Sequence record: SRR20825006_1719
DNA length: 62,366 nucleotides
Reading direction: 5' to 3' (one strand)
This document shows, one piece after another, positions 60,788-62,366 of this stretch. The notes beneath the pieces were generated by a model, which saw only the letters and a program-made list of their open reading frames with translations, was not told the origin of the DNA and did no database searches. A program made the translations under genes and the position numbers. Every line of letters begins with the position of its first letter. The stretch's first letter is position 1.

Positions 60788-62119
60788 ATGTATAGTACCC
60801 TAATCAAGATAAATATTTTCCTTGTATTGGCTTGCCAAACTGCAGTGCTTCTAGGTCAAGAGGCTGCTTTAAAAATCACGCAGCGTATAGAGGTTGATAA
60901 AATTGAAGCCAGCTTTCCGGTTGGATTCTCACAGGTGGTAACAGCACATAAGCACTATATTGCCTATTACGATGCTGATAAAAACTTTTCTATAGCTTAC
61001 AGATCGCTTACAGATAGTCTATTTAAAAAAACCATACTACATTCAAAAATTGGGTGGGATAGTCACAATTACACAACTCTGACCGTGGATAATGAGGGTT
61101 ATATTCATGTAAGTGGCAACATGCATAATGATCAACTACGCTATTGGCGCTCTGAATATCCAGAAGATGCCACCAGCTTAAAACCCATTCATTTTATGAC
61201 TGGAAACGATGAGCATAGCGTTACCTACCCTCATTTTCTCAAAACCAATACCGGAGAACTTCTATTTCATTACAGAAACGGAGGCAGCGGGAATGGCTAT
61301 GAGCTATATAACAAGTGGAATCCTAATAAAAAGGAATGGGAGCGCTTTTTAGAAAAACCGCTTATTGATGGCAAAGGTAAAAAGAATGCCTATATGTCTG
61401 GACCTTTTTATGAAGATGACGGTTATTACCATCTATATTGGGTATGGCGCCAAAGTCCTGATTGCTCTACTAATCACGATTTTTCATATGCTCGTAGCAA
61501 AGATTTAAAACATTGGGAAAATGTTGCAGGAACAACAGTCGACAGCCCCATGACCTTTGAAAATCAATTACTAAAAGTAGACTCCTCACCCATTAAAGGA
61601 TCAGGAATGCTTAACGGAGTGCAAGCGCACGCTTTAGATGAAAAAAATCAAATTGTGCTGTGTAATATGAAATATGATGCGGAAGGAAACACTCAACTTT
61701 ATCTTTATAGGTCTGATGGCAGCAAACATTGGAAGGAACAACAAATCACAAATTGGGAACATCGATTTAAATTCTCAGGATGGGGGTCTATAGATTTTGA
61801 TGTGCAACTAATAAACATGCAACGTCTTAAAAATGGTAATTTGAGTGTAATAGTAAAACATAAAAAATATGGTCTGCGGCAAATTATAGTTGATGCTAAA
61901 ACCTTAAAGCCTGTGTCCCAAAAAAGTTGGAAAGCTCCTCTTCCTGAAGAACTGACTCAAAGCCAAAGATCTGACTTCGGCAACAAACCAGTAAAAGTAC
62001 ATCTAAACACGGTAGCCAAATACCTCCTTCGCTGGGAAACCTTAACAGCAAATAATGACAGCAAACCTTCAGGTAAATTGCCAGATCCCGGTAAGCTTGA
62101 ACTTATAATTCTTGAATAG
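60788..62119 (+). CDS. BNR-4-type beta-propeller protein, possible uronate polysaccharide lyase
   Basis: Signal peptide; WDSHNY...DNEGYIHVSGNMH, VTYPHF, YRNGGSGNG, WVWR...NHD..YARSKDLKHW. Confidence 0.78.
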   Translation: MYSTLIKINIFLVLACQTAVLLGQEAALKITQRIEVDKIEASFPVGFSQVVTAHKHYIAYYDADKNFSIAYRSLTDSLFKKTILHSKIGWDSHNYTTLTVDNEGYIHVSGNMHNDQLRYWRSEYPEDATSLKPIHFMTGNDEHSVTYPHFLKTNTGELLFHYRNGGSGNGYELYNKWNPNKKEWERFLEKPLIDGKGKKNAYMSGPFYEDDGYYHLYWVWRQSPDCSTNHDFSYARSKDLKHWENVAGTTVDSPMTFENQLLKVDSSPIKGSGMLNGVQAHALDEKNQIVLCNMKYDAEGNTQLYLYRSDGSKHWKEQQITNWEHRFKFSGWGSIDFDVQLINMQRLKNGNLSVIVKHKKYGLRQIIVDAKTLKPVSQKSWKAPLPEELTQSQRSDFGNKPVKVHLNTVAKYLLRWETLTANNDSKPSGKLPDPGKLELIILE

Positions 62120-62366
62120 ACAAAAAAATTAGTAAACCAAAGAATACTTCAAACCAAAAACCGGTTAGATATAACTTTGACTATTAGTTGACAAGCCTAT
62201 TATTAAAGAAATACCTGATCAAAATTTTCAGAAAGTTGTTTCACTATTGCTTTTGAAGCATAATATTCCTAGTCTATATTTTATATATCCTTTGTCCATT
62301 TTTCCGTGATTTTTTTGTGATGTTTATTGGAGGTATTGCATTTTTCCATTAAAAACACCCGGTTGA

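Overview
AT-rich Bacteroidota (Flavobacteriaceae-type) chromosomal window, judged from the SusC/SusD pair, a T9SS C-terminal domain and TAnnTTTG promoters. It has four blocks. (1) 0.1-19.5 kb: an oxidoreductase/aldehyde-detoxification block with four aldo-keto reductases, cupin-CMD, flavodoxin, Zn-ADH, an esterase, two Tat-exported IorB-type molybdoenzyme subunits, XdhC, a 2Fe-2S subunit, a di-haem cytochrome c and two AraC regulators. Six of its promoters share a 37-bp direct-repeat operator, and two related hairpins bracket the block. (2) 19.7-24.8 kb: outer-membrane receptor, siderophore-interacting protein and a LytS/LytTR pair. (3) 24.8-47.2 kb, the most interesting part: a putative surface-glycan/exopolysaccharide machine (polyprenyl-P-sugar GT2, 1000-aa GT-C-like membrane protein, Ig-like protein, membrane-anchored clan-A glycoside hydrolase, GT4, Wzx-like flippase, STAS, TPR/beta-barrel protein, T9SS DUF4114 protein) next to an all-cytoplasmic haem/NO-sensing phosphorelay (REC, H-NOX, 4xPAS kinase, FIST/NosP-like, kinase, Hpt, LytTR regulator). 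A LytTR-type repeat lies exactly 48 nt from the -7 promoter box at five transcription units, tying the two halves into one predicted regulon. (4) 47.3-62.1 kb: after a degenerate tRNA-3'-end/att-like scar, a LacI-controlled glucuronate/fucose polysaccharide utilisation locus (uxuA, SDR, GH115, SusD, SusC, LacI, GH29, BNR-4 propeller). No CRISPR array, rRNA, intact tRNA, transposase or integrase was seen. All family calls come from motifs read by eye; no database searches were run.
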